NCBI RefSeq assembly: GCF_016432865.1
Contig: NC_067400.1
Span: forward strand, 556,140,001-556,204,000
Source: Antechinus flavipes
Taxonomy: Eukaryota
Direction of reading: 5' to 3'
DNA: 64,000 bases
Every line of letters starts with the position of its first letter. The first letter of the stretch is position 1. Of this stretch, positions 39,690 through 51,149 are shown piece after piece. The notes beneath the pieces are model-generated. The model was given only the letters and a program-made list of their open reading frames with translations. It was not told the origin of the DNA and did no database searches. A program made the position numbers and the translations under genes.

Positions 39690-39920
39690 AGATAGATGCA
39701 GAATATAATGAATAAAAGATGGACCTGGAGTCAGGATAACCTCAGTTTAAATCTTACCTTATATTTAGAGCTCTGCAAATCTGTCAATTCAGTTTCCTCC
39801 TCTGCAAAATGGGAGTGATAATAGAATCCACCTCTGATGATTATTGTGAAGATAAAATTAGACGAAATTTGTAAAGGTTTTTGCAAATGTTCAAGTGCTA
39901 TGTAAGCAATAGTTATATCA
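39690..39920 (+). mobile_element. MIR/CORE-SINE-like element
   Basis: ggacctggagtcaggataacctcagtttaaatc..ttcagtttcctcctctgcaaaatggg. Confidence 0.6.
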
Positions 39921-40439
39921 TTTACCTTTTGCCTTCTTGGATCAGTATAGCCCTCATTCTCAGTACTAACTTAATAAATATTTATTGATTTAATAGGGAT
40001 TAATATAGATAACATGTAAATTCATTGGTATAGGGAAGTCCTGGGAGGGGAAGCTCCTTCTACCAAAGGAAGCCAAAATCATTTCTGTAATTTACAATTT
40101 TAGAGAATTGTTTAGAACAGAATTGCTAAATACTTGTCAGGAATAAAGGACTTGTACGTATGACTTGAACCAGATTAAAATATAATTGGCAAATTTTAAT
40201 AAAATAAATAAAATACAATAGTATATAAATGTTAATATTTGGTTTTCTAAGATAACAGGCAGCTGATCAGGATTCTTAGATACTGTTTAGTGGCCCCTTT
40301 TCAATGTGAGCTTTATTCTCTTTGGTTTTCTCATAATTTCACATCCAGTATATCTAAGAAGTGGACATGAAACCAAGTCTTCCTGGCTCTGAGGCCAGCT
40401 CTCTATTCGTGACTCCACTTTCTGAAAATAAGGCACCTG

Positions 40440-41100
40440 TGTGCCCATTGTGAAGTAGTTTGATTGTGGGCAGTATCACACTGGAAAAGTAGAAGCAGAT
40501 GGGTACAGATTTTCAAATTGTAGAGCTAATAATTTAATTAGAATTAGTTGAGAGGAGACAAATATACAAGCAATAACAGGGCTTAGTATGGAAAGCAGAC
40601 TATTAGAACAAGGGAAGAGAGAGGTAGAAGATAAAGGTGACAGCTCAGTTGGAGTAGGCAAAAAACAACAAGGAAAAGGATAGTGGATCCTGATCCTGTG
40701 TAAAGAGTATCAGGGAGTGAAGAAGAAAAGTCTTAGGAGATTCTAGGAATAAGCCTGATTTGGACATAGGAATTATACTAAAGAACACAAGTTAGGAGAG
40801 AGACACTTCTTATATAGAGAGCAAACTGATTCTCTCCCTTACATTACAACTTTGATATATTGAGCTCCTATGGTGGCTAGGTGGAAGGAAATGGGTAACT
40901 ATAGAAGTCAGGAATAGAGATAGACCTAAGATATAAGACTTGTTCAGGAACTAGAGTAAAAAAGACCAAATTGGTCATCAGGATCAATGAAGGTTGATTA
41001 ATTAAAAAAGGAAATATGACAAAGAAAATGAGTCAAAATTTCAAAGGGTATGTGGAACTAGAAGTTAGGTAGGAAAGCACAGGTCATGAAATATAGCTAA
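40440..41100 (-). mobile_element. Old L2-like LINE remnant
   Basis: Purine-rich plus strand with pyrimidine-rich, Ser/Leu-rich minus-strand translation, typical of decayed L2; family assignment tentative. Confidence 0.35.
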
Positions 41101-41695
41101 CAATAGCTCGATGATTCAACCTCCAGAGGGATGATCAGTTACAGATAGTTATACCAAATTCCCTCCCTTATTCCAGGGAAAACTCTAATTTTCAAAAGCA
41201 GGCAATGCATCCCAAATCCTTCAACTCCTTTGTTGAGATAGATAATGGACATTCCAGTGCCCCAAGAATTGAGATTTCACATAAAATCCTTGCTAACTTT
41301 AATATGTATCTGTATATGTAAGTATATATAAATATTCATCTGTTCAAAAATATTCAAAATTATATATAAATGTGTATGCATACATTTATAATATAATAAA
41401 CACATATGTAATACACATATGCATGCATACATACATGTAAAATTATATAAAATTAGACTTCTGACTTGGGTGATTTTTTTTATACCCAGAGATTCAGAAG
41501 AGAAATAACATGAAGACTGGAGAGATTCTTCCAAAGTACTAAGTTTATATCCCTCCCTAGATACAGAAAGCCCATGTGGAATGAGGGGGCTCCATTTAGA
41601 ACTTTATATGATCCTTGTATAATCTTGGAAGCTTTCCCCCCCACATTTTCAGAGACTTAGTGAAATCAAGAAATCAGAAATCCAGTGGCCCATAC

Positions 41696-41900
41696 ACTCA
41701 CCTCTGGAAAATACCCCTCCTTACTCACTAGATGTAGGGTGGAATGAAGACAGAAGTGTCACTGGCCTGGAAAACATCCAGGGCTGGCCCTGCCATGAGT
41801 TGAACAATTTTATATGGTCCTGGGCTTTCTCTCTAAGGACACTCTCAGAACTAAGTGTCCCAGGAGACCAGTTCTAAACTCTATAGTCATATGGCTTTAC
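41696..41900 (-). promoter_or_regulatory. Candidate first exon and promoter of the OR51 gene at 36317
   Basis: Strong donor GAG|GTGAGT at 41701 (minus); O/E-type TCCCAGGAG at 41858-41866; further CCAGGG/CCTGGG half-sites. Confidence 0.35.
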
Positions 41901-41949
41901 AACTCTGTTAACTCTCTGTGTGCTAGAACCAAACTGGCTCAAACAGTAG

Positions 41950-42190
41950 ACTAGTGTGAAGTAGATGAATCCCCAGAGTTAGGAAGACATGAACCTAAAG
42001 CTGGCTTAAGATACTGACTAGCTATGTCTTTCTAGATAAATCATTAAACTTTTGTTTAGTTCAGTTGCCTCATCTATAAAATGAGGATAATTATAGCATC
42101 TACCTCACAAAATTAGTGTAAGACACAAATGAAATAATAATTATAAAGCACTTAACACAATGTCTAGCACAAAATAAACACTAAATAAAT
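41950..42190 (+). mobile_element. MIR/CORE-SINE-like element
   Basis: ccccagagttaggaagacatg..ttcagttgcctcatctataaaatgaggata. Confidence 0.6.
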
Positions 42191-42984
42191 GTTAATTATC
42201 ATCATTATCATCATCATCATTAGCTTGATCTGTTCCAACTTTGGTTCAGACATTAAGGAGTGAAAGAACTAATAGAAAAAAGATGGACCTATTACTGTGT
42301 GTTTCATAATCTAGATGGAGAGACAAGATTTACACAGTGCCATAATTGGGAAAAAATTGTGACAGAAAAAATTAATATTTTGGAGCAAATGTCAAAGCCC
42401 TAAATATGGGTTACAAAGAAAAATGAATTTAAAAAATTAAGCACTTACTCTACCCAGGCACTCTGTTAAATGTTGGAGACACAAACATAAGTGATCAAGA
42501 TAATCCTTGACCTTAGGAAACCCATGTTTTAATGATACAAGAGAGAAGTGGTCAAGAGGGAAAAAGTATTTTGGTTTAGAAAGTCACAAGGAGGAGCCAT
42601 TTACAACTTAATGACCTATTCTTTATAGGAATGATAGTAGTGTTGATTTGCTTTCTTTTCTCAGAACTAGAGCTAGAAACTATGACTATTAAAGGAACTA
42701 GGGGAGGGTAAAAAGAAGCAAGCATGAAGTAATTAATTAGTCTCTTAATGAGACTAAAGATGGCTAGATGGCCAGATAGCCAGAGAATAGCATGGAATAT
42801 TTAGGTTAAAACCAGATACTGTTAAATGTAATGAATCAGAATCTTAGTGCCTCAGGGCAGGAGCTGGAGTGAGAAAAGTTTGTGACAAAAGTTATATAGT
42901 TAGAAGAGAGAAGGAACTAATTTTGAAGAAAACAGTTCATTCTTCAAAATCAGTTTTATACAGTATAGAAAAAATGAATTACCA

Positions 42985-43290
42985 TATTGGCTAAGATGAC
43001 AGGAAAAGGTAATGATAAATGTTGGAGAAGAAATGATAAAAGTGGGACACTAAGTGAAGTTGTGAAATTATTCAACCATTCTGGAGAGCAATTTGGAACT
43101 ATATCCAAAGGGCTATAAAACTTATATTAAAAGAGAACTATGGACAATGAATATGGATCAAAGCATGTTATTTTTGCCTCTTTTTTTCTCTTTCTCATAA
43201 GCTTTTCCTTTCCGGATTTTCATCTCCCAACATAACTTGTATGGAAATATGTAAAACATAAATATTTGTATTACTACCTAAAAAAATAAA
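42985..43290 (+). mobile_element. Internally deleted L1 3' fragments
   Basis: attggctaagatgacaggaaaaggtaatgataaatgttggag and ctggagagcaatttggaactatatccaaagggctataaaac. Confidence 0.7.
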
Positions 43291-44428
43291 AATGAAAAAC
43301 TATTGCCCTGATCATGGACTTGAAAAAAAAATTTTTTTCAGGAGGATGTCGATAAGACTAATTCAAATTATCATGCTCCATACATCTTCCCTAATTTCTC
43401 TATTGGTAATAACCTTTCCTATCAGACATTATTAATAATTTTATAAAACAAGTTATATTAGTTATGATTTAATTAAGGAAAGAACAAAATTCTTATTCAT
43501 ATAATTGGGCCCTGATAGTTAAACACTCCAAAGTAGGTTCCTTCTTTGTCTGGGTATCCCATCATCCTAAGGATACCACTCTTGAGACCTAAGTACAACC
43601 TGAGGATGTATTCCAATAGCCATTCATCTGGTACCCATATATGGGTACAATTCTATCTGAGTGTCCGTATTTCATCTTATACTCCTGAAAGTGTATAGGA
43701 ATCCAGAGTGTCTGAGAAAATGGATATAAATCCATTTAGTTTCAAGAGATACAGATTATACCAGGGACAGAATTGGAGACTCTTTCCTCTCAGGCAGTAT
43801 TTCTCAGTACTACAGGGCTCCAGAACAGGTAAAGTCCCTGGCATAGTAACAAATTCATCTTATTCTGATAGTCCTGAATGAGTATTTGGGGGATAGAGAA
43901 GGAAGAATTGTGGCTGCATCAGGAAAGGACAGAGAAGAAAAGCAGTGTCATTCCCATAGATATCAGAGGGCTTGGAAACTGTCCTTGACATGGGTTTACA
44001 TGGCTCCCTCTACTCTCCATGTTTAATTTTCCTATAGCATAAGCAGCTTCTTTTGCTACATCATTGCTCTCTGCTAAAATGAAGACAGCTATTATGAAAT
44101 GTTTGCTATATATTCACTTTTCAATAAGCAAAGACTAAGCACCTGAAGCAAGAGGGAAGCCAAACTCAGGAAGGCACTTATTCCTTAAAGGTTTTATCAA
44201 ATATTTTATTAAATACATACTTCTGAAGCCTCTTCCTTACATTCACAGCTTTTAATACTCTATGAGTCATTTAGGAGAACCAACCATAAAAAGAAAATGA
44301 CAAAAGAAAAGGAAATAGACTCAGATGGCCCAAATTGACCCAGCAAGAGAATAGAAAAGCCACATATAAAAGCATAATTTTGATGCCCTTCAGGAATTTA
44401 TACTTGATTAGTAAAGAAAGGACACATG

Positions 44429-44582
44429 GACATATTTAACATGTATAGGTCTGCTTGCCATCTGGGGGAGGAGGAGGAGGGAGGAAGGGGAAAAGTTGGA
44501 ACAGAAGTGAATACAAGGGATAATGTTATAAAAAATTACCCAGGCATGGGTTCTGTCAATAAAAAGTTATAATTATGAAAAA
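44429..44582 (+). mobile_element. 5'-truncated young L1 insertion with 12-bp TSD
   Basis: Flanked by aaaggacacatg at 44417-44428 and 44583-44594; the paralogous sites in copies 1 (about 9530) and 3 (about 56695) are empty. Confidence 0.85.
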
Positions 44583-45704
44583 AAAGGACACATGTACATA
44601 AAAGGATAGACTGTGTGTGACCAGCAAACACACTGCTTAATTAAATAGTAATTGCAATGACTTACATTTTGAAATATTTTAAAGTTACAAAGCTTTTTTT
44701 TTTTTTTTTTTTTGCATAACAATCCCCAAGAAGATAGAAGAGTAAATATCTTTATATCCATTTAACTGATGAGAAACTATGATCTAGAGATTGGGCTTTG
44801 CCCAAAGTCATGCATCCAGTTAGCATTGGAACTTAGTGCTCTTGACTGCAAGTCCAGGAATCTTAATGCAATCTCTCCCAGGAAATGTTGTAAGGACAAT
44901 TTTATAAATTCACATAAAATGTCTTCTCTTTATTCATCCTTTAGGATCCTCCAATGAATTTCAATCATTTCATAGAACCATCCCATATGATAAAAAGGAA
45001 AAAAGAAAATAAAACAGCAAAACTAAAAAAAATGAATAAGTCTGATATTAAATCCAATGTTTCAAATAGTTCTCTTCTCAACAAGGAAGTGGCTTCTCAT
45101 ATTTCTTCTTTGGTGTCATGGCTTAAATATATTTTACAGTTTATCTCTTTATTCTCATTTGTAAAGAAAAAGAAAAATAGAAACAAATTCTCATGGATCA
45201 AGACTAGCAGAGAGGAAGAGGAATGAGGTAGTTTGTCATGGGAGCCACCTGGTAGTGACTGCTGGGTATCTAATTCTGACCAGCAGAATAGATCATGTCA
45301 TGTGAGAAGATGATAATGATACAAAGAGACTGAGAGGCATTTGCAGTGAACCTCTACCTCTACCTCTGATTTATTTCATGTCTGTATAGAATATATATTT
45401 TCTACGCACAACAAGATTATTATTGTTTAAAGAAAAGCATACATTCTTTCTCAAGCCACACCTTCATCAGTAAACTTGTTTTATGACTTTCAGAAAGATA
45501 TTTCTGATTCTTTGGGTTATGTTTGTCTTTCCTTGGGCCTGTTAGCTTTACTTCAAAGAGCAAGATAAAGATAATAATAACAAAACATTCCTTTAGTCTC
45601 TCACAGCTGTAGTGTGGCTGAAGAACCAACCTACCTCATTGGTACAGTCACCTTTGACATTTTTACAGGAAAAATGGGTTTCCACACTTAGCATGATCCT
45701 CAAC

Positions 45705-45890
45705 AGTAGACCAGTGGTGTCAAAATTAAAATAGAATTAGGACAACTAATACATTCCTAAATATCCTTGCTGTCCTCACAGAACATTGAGTATTTAAATG
45801 TAATATGATCTTTGCTTTAATATTTTCTTTATTCTATTAAATATTTCCCAAATATATTTTAATGTGGTGCAGATGCATTTGATAGTGTTG
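45705..45890. mobile_element. Possible non-autonomous hAT-type DNA element, paralogous to 58340-58520
   Basis: Begins cagtggtgtcaaa; shares tattccattaaatatttcccaa..tattttaat core with copy 3; family not confirmed. Confidence 0.3.
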
Positions 45891-47735
45891 CTATCAGCTT
45901 ATAGATCCATGATTTCTCAACTCTGAGGGAGACATTTATTCTAAATTTCATTAAAAGTTTATTGAAAGAATATGCTTTGGAGGAATATTTAACTCAATTC
46001 AGTAGTCATTTAATAAATTTGTTTTCTAAAAGCAGGGCCCTGAACGACCCATGGCATGGACCATTTTCCAAATGACTGACATATTTCCAATCCTCCCTGA
46101 TGAGGGTCGGGGGAAAGGAGAATGAATGTAGATCTCTTCAGTTATTTCAGATAGAGTTATCAAGTAAGGGTGTAAGAACATTGTAAATTATTACTAGAGA
46201 CAAAGATAAAGGCCTCATTAGGTTATGAACATGAACATTATCTGACTAGCTAGAAGCATCTTTCTAGATCATTCATTAACTCTGAACCACAAATTGAAAA
46301 TCATCAGCCTCTATGTCTATGAAAAATGGGGACATGAATGAGCTTTCTTTTTGGTACTTTGTAATCTTCCTGTTCAGTGTCACCCTCCTAATTAGTGAAA
46401 AACACTCCAACTTTATTTCAAAAAATACCTAAACTATATTTCTTTGATAAGCATTGTGCTCAGCTGGTGATTAATTGATCTACTTTAAGATATGGCTGAT
46501 AAAAAAAAAAAAAAGGCATCCCCGCTCCCATCCACATTCAAGAAATGTTTCCATTTTTTAAATATGCAAGCAATTTTACTCTGAAAATCATAGACTTTGA
46601 AAAATAAAAGGCCCTTTAGAGTTCAAATAATTTAACAATGCAGTCAATTCAGGATTCCTAACTAAACAGTGTAGGTTTTCTGAAAAAAGTTATAGAACCC
46701 CACTTAAACATTGACATGGATACCTGATTTGTTATTTCAAAAAAACAGCTCCTTCAATAACATGTAGTTAGAAAAAAATCATATTTTCCTTTCTAATCAT
46801 AGTATCATTAATCCCTCCACTCCTGGCTTTAACAATACCTGAGTGTCTCTTGCTTTTTGAGGACTCCTTTTCTGAAAATTGATAAGGAATTACATACACA
46901 ATTTGTGTTCAGTATTATGCTATCTGAAGATCTGGTCTAAACATTAATTCAGAACAGCTGATGGTCTTTTAAAATGATTTACCTTTTCATGGGTTATAAC
47001 TCCATGTAAATCATATCTTTTATTTTGTATCTTTTCCTTTATTAAGATTATCATCCTTTTATGGAATAATTAAACATTTAATTGAATTGAGCATTCATTC
47101 CTTTCTAGGGTGACTGGATATTTCAGATGATTTCCATGTAGGACACTTTCAAGTAAAAATCAACTAGAAAATGCAATATAAAAGAAGAAAATTTTAGAAA
47201 TACTTTAATTGAATAAATATTAGAGTACAATTCCATTTCACCAAAAATTCTTTCTCTAGATACCAGGAATTAATTATGGTCAAAAGAAGACTTTGTATTT
47301 ATTAAATTATCATTTTAATCCTTTTTGTCTTTTCATTTTTCAAATTTATTGATTAATTTTTCCAATATTTTTAAAAACAGAATTACTTGGATTTTTAAAA
47401 ATGGGAATGGTAACAGCCTCCTTAGAAATATGGATCACAGGAACAAGTGGAAAAATTGTATTTCATCTCCTAATAGATATTTCTTGCCATCTCCTCATCT
47501 CCAATCCCCATTCAGTTTATTATTAGTCCAAATTATAAAGCATCTATTTTGACTAATGCATTTCAGGGAAGGCAAACACAGGAGAGAAATTGGTTGGTCT
47601 AACATAGGAATTAAATGAGAACAGAAATCATGAGTTCCCCAATTATAAAATTTTGAGTTTCCTATCAAGTGCAGGCAGGAAAGATGTGGAAGAAATAGGA
47701 ATTAGAAAAGGGACCAGCTCCTGTTTGCTTGTGTG

Positions 47736-48425
47736 CTTTTTCTTGGATTTGTCTTGGTTGTGAGTTTTGTCCATTATTTATTTATACACTAGAAAATTCA
47801 TGGACATAATGGGCTTTATATTCTTGTCAAACCTATATCCAATGGGAATACCAATAGCCAGATTCAACAGGGAGATGGTTTCTCCAGACAGGATAAGAAT
47901 ATTTGATATGACCTGGAAATCATTGCTCTGGGTTGCATGCAGTGCAATTTTTCTCAGGTTGATTCGAGGTGTCATTTCATTATTCCAGAAGGATAAATCT
48001 AAGATTGCTATCTTTCAGACTGTTGCTGTAGCTAGCATAGATTCCTCTCACTTAGATGTTGCTACAACAAATGGTTGCCCTTCACCCTGTAGGTACTGAT
48101 AGTTTGCATGAGTGTCACCAGTATTTCAATAACACTTCATTATTTTTGGCAGCATTTCTACTTTTTTGAGCTGTGTCAGATGCCCATAGTGACATCCACA
48201 ACAAGCAAGAAATCTAGAACTGTACAAAGATAGGAATTGTCCTTATCTGTAATGAAGTCAGTCAGATATCAAAGTCTTTGGCAGCATTTCATAACATTTG
48301 GTCACAGTACTTTATCTCCTCATGTATAGGGTGCTCTGATCCACATGATAGAAGCTTCTGAAGCAATTTTCAAAATTCTAAGCATTCTAGCTATGCTGAA
48401 TCAGAATATTCATATGAGAGAACAT
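47736..48425 (-). pseudogene. PGAM1: PGAM1 processed pseudogene, copy 2
   Basis: Minus strand from ATG 48425: MFSHMNILIQHS*NA*NFENCFRSFYHVDQS versus PGAM1 [31 protein letters not shown]; track ORF 47778-47975 SGETISLLNLAIGIPIGYRFDKNIKPIMSMNFL versus [33 protein letters not shown]; ends QDKSKK versus QGKAKK. Confidence 0.9.
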
Positions 48426-48668
48426 GAAAAGATTGGGAGCAGCATTTGGATCAGACAAAATGCTGTGGATTTGAAGGCTTGCAGGTATACATTGCAATTC
48501 AAGAGGATTTTCTGGATTTTTTGACATATTATGAAATTTTACTAGCATATTAGTTTATTTGGTTTCAGAATGATGATTTCAGAAGATAACCTTTGTTAAC
48601 TTGGAATCTTCTTTGTCTTTTTTAAAGGTTCAGAAATAACTATTATTTTACATGTTGGCTCTTAAAAC

Positions 48669-49622
48669 ATGTCTCTCTCTAACAGGACCAATCTTTATCC
48701 TTCTACTTTCATCCTCATTGGAATCCCAGGATTGGAGAATGCGCACTTTTGGATCTCCATTCCCTTCTGTTTGGTGTACATGGTGGCTCTCCTGGGAAAC
48801 TTTGCCTTACTGTTCATTATTAAGACTGACCACAGCCTTCGTGAGCCCATGTATCTCTTCCTTTGTGTACTGGCTATGATAGACTTGATCATATCTACTG
48901 TTTCAATACCCAAGCTTCTCATCCTCTTCTTGTTTAAAAGACAGGGAAATCCCATTTGAAACTTGTCTGATACAATTATTTTTCATCCATTCTTGTTTCA
49001 TAATGGAATCTGGTTTCTTTTTGGCTATAGCCTTTGATTGCTCTGACCACTATGTGGTCATATGCAAACCTCTTAGCCATTCATCAATCCTGGCCCACAT
49101 AGTTATTGTGACCTTGGGGTTTGCTATTGTTTTCTGTGGAACTGTGCTAATAAGTCCTTGCACCTTTTTTCTCAGATGGCTTCCCTACTGCAAGACTAAT
49201 ATCATCTCCCATATCTACTGTGAGTTATGACCTTGATCAAACTGGCCTGTGCTGAGACCAGACTACATAGAGCTTATGGCCTTACTGTTGCCTTCCTTAT
49301 GGGAGGACTGGATTTTATATTAATCACCTGTTCCTACCTTCTCATTCTCCATGCTGTCTTCCAGCTCCCTTCTAAGAAAGCACGTCGGAAGACCTAGGGA
49401 ACCTGTGGATCTCATGTCTGTGTCATATTGGTTTCCTATATTCCAGCTTTTTTCTCCTTCCTCACACATAGATTTGGACACCATGATCCTCCTCACATCC
49501 ATATTGTTATGGTTGATATCCACTTATTGTCCCCACTTATGGTAAATCCTATCATCTATGGTGTTAGGACAAAGAGAATCCAGGAGAAAATTCTCAAAGT
49601 TTTTAGTCCTCTAAAGGAATAA
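48669..49622 (+). pseudogene. OR52-family pseudogene (paralog of 15890 and 60735)
   Basis: +1 frameshift near 48935-48940, 9-nt insertion in the DRY motif (D-C-S-D-H-Y), -1 frameshift near 49228, in-frame TAG at 49395-49397; total span 954 = 945 + 9. Confidence 0.93.
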
Positions 49623-50033
49623 AAAGTCATTTCATATTGTAAAGCATCAACCTTGTACCTAATCATAACTATGATTAAATGTATTAGAGAGAATTTGGAA
49701 ATATAGAATAGGGAAACAAGGATATAATATAGCTACCATCAGGAAAACTATCCTTATTCATAATGTGGAATACAATGGTGGCAAAAAAAAAAAAAAAGAA
49801 AGAAAGAGATATTCTGACTTACTGGAGGAAAGTAATTTCATCTCTATCTGATATCCAAGAATCGATGTCTAGTTATGTGTCCTTTTTTTCTTGCCAGACA
49901 GTATATCTCCTTCAGTCAAGAGCGTTTTTGGTTATAACAGAAGAAGCATTTTAGGGACAACTATTGGAGAACACAACAGTCTAGTGAGAACAAAGTGTCA
50001 AAGAAACTACATACTTTAAAAAACTATTTGTGA

Positions 50034-50160
50034 GGGAAAGCAAGTTGGTGCAGTGGATAGAACACCAGCCCTGAAGTCAGGAGGGCCTGAGTTCAAATCT
50101 GGATCAGACACTTAACACTTCCTAGCTGTGTGACCCTGGACAAGTCACTTAATCCCAATT
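50034..50160 (+). mobile_element. WSINE1-like SINE running into a gap
   Basis: ggtgcagtggatagaacaccagccctgaagtcaggagggcctgagttcaaat..gacacttaacacttcctagctgtgtgaccctgg. Confidence 0.85.
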
Positions 50161-50292
50161 NNNNNNNNNNNNNNNNNNNNNNNNNNNNNNNNNNNNNNNN
50201 NNNNNNNNNNNNNNNNNNNNNNNNNNNNNNNNNNNNNNNNNNNNNNNNNNNNNNNNNNNNNNNNNNNNNNNNNNNNNNNNNNNNNNNNNNNN
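50161..50292. other. Assembly gap (N run)
   Basis: Run of n. Confidence 0.99.
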
Positions 50293-51149
50293 TAATACTA
50301 ATAATTATGCTCTCATCAACAACTTTCTAATCCTAATGATGTTATAAAATAAAATAAGATATTAAACCATATTGTTCCATTTCCCATGTGCTAGAAGCAC
50401 AAATGAAAAATGAGAGATGTGAGGAGTTGAGGGGGAAGTCATCCAGAGACAGGATTAAGTCAGTTCAGGAGATTTCTTCTTGTCCAAGATTTAAATTCTT
50501 TATATTCTTTCCCCATCTCCATCTGAGTCTGTAGGTGAAAATAGCAAAGTAAAAGTAATGATAATGTTAGAAATGATAATATTGATGATCATTTTAATGA
50601 TCATGTTAAAAGATTCCATCATTTTGTTGTGCATAATATAAAATATCCTAGGATCATAGATTTACAGGAAGTTGCGACTTTTAAGTTCACTGGGTTAAAT
50701 CCCCTTTTTATTTATGGAAATTGAAACCTATATTTAGCCAGAATCACACATCTAGATGCCATACCATGGTGCCTTTCAATTCAATGTGTCAAAAGAGGAT
50801 ATTGATGACAATATTTATGATGCTGAATACAGAGGTGATGATGTTGATGCTGATATTGATGTCCTTGGTCAAGTTGATGAACATAATAATAAGTGAATAT
50901 AACAATGATGAATCAATTGATAAACACACAAAAGTAAGCAATGCTTTACTCTAATGGTACAATGTTTACATCAATGAGTGTTTTGCCTACAACAGGATAT
51001 GTTAAATGACCGAACCATTCAAGGCCATGCTGTTGGATTCTTGTCCAAACCATCAATTTGGCATAAGATTGAAGCTCAAAATATTATCCCTTTCTTGAGT
51101 TCCCTTGACATTTTGTAGATACATTTTGAATATAAGGATTGTCCATTTT

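Larger units (their letters stand above)
43500..51050 (+). repeat. OR52 duplication cassette copy 2
   Basis: TAATTG at 43502-43507, donor CAG|GTAAAG at 43829, PGAM1 retrocopy, OR52 pseudogene and homologous 3' flank to about 51050. Confidence 0.8.
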
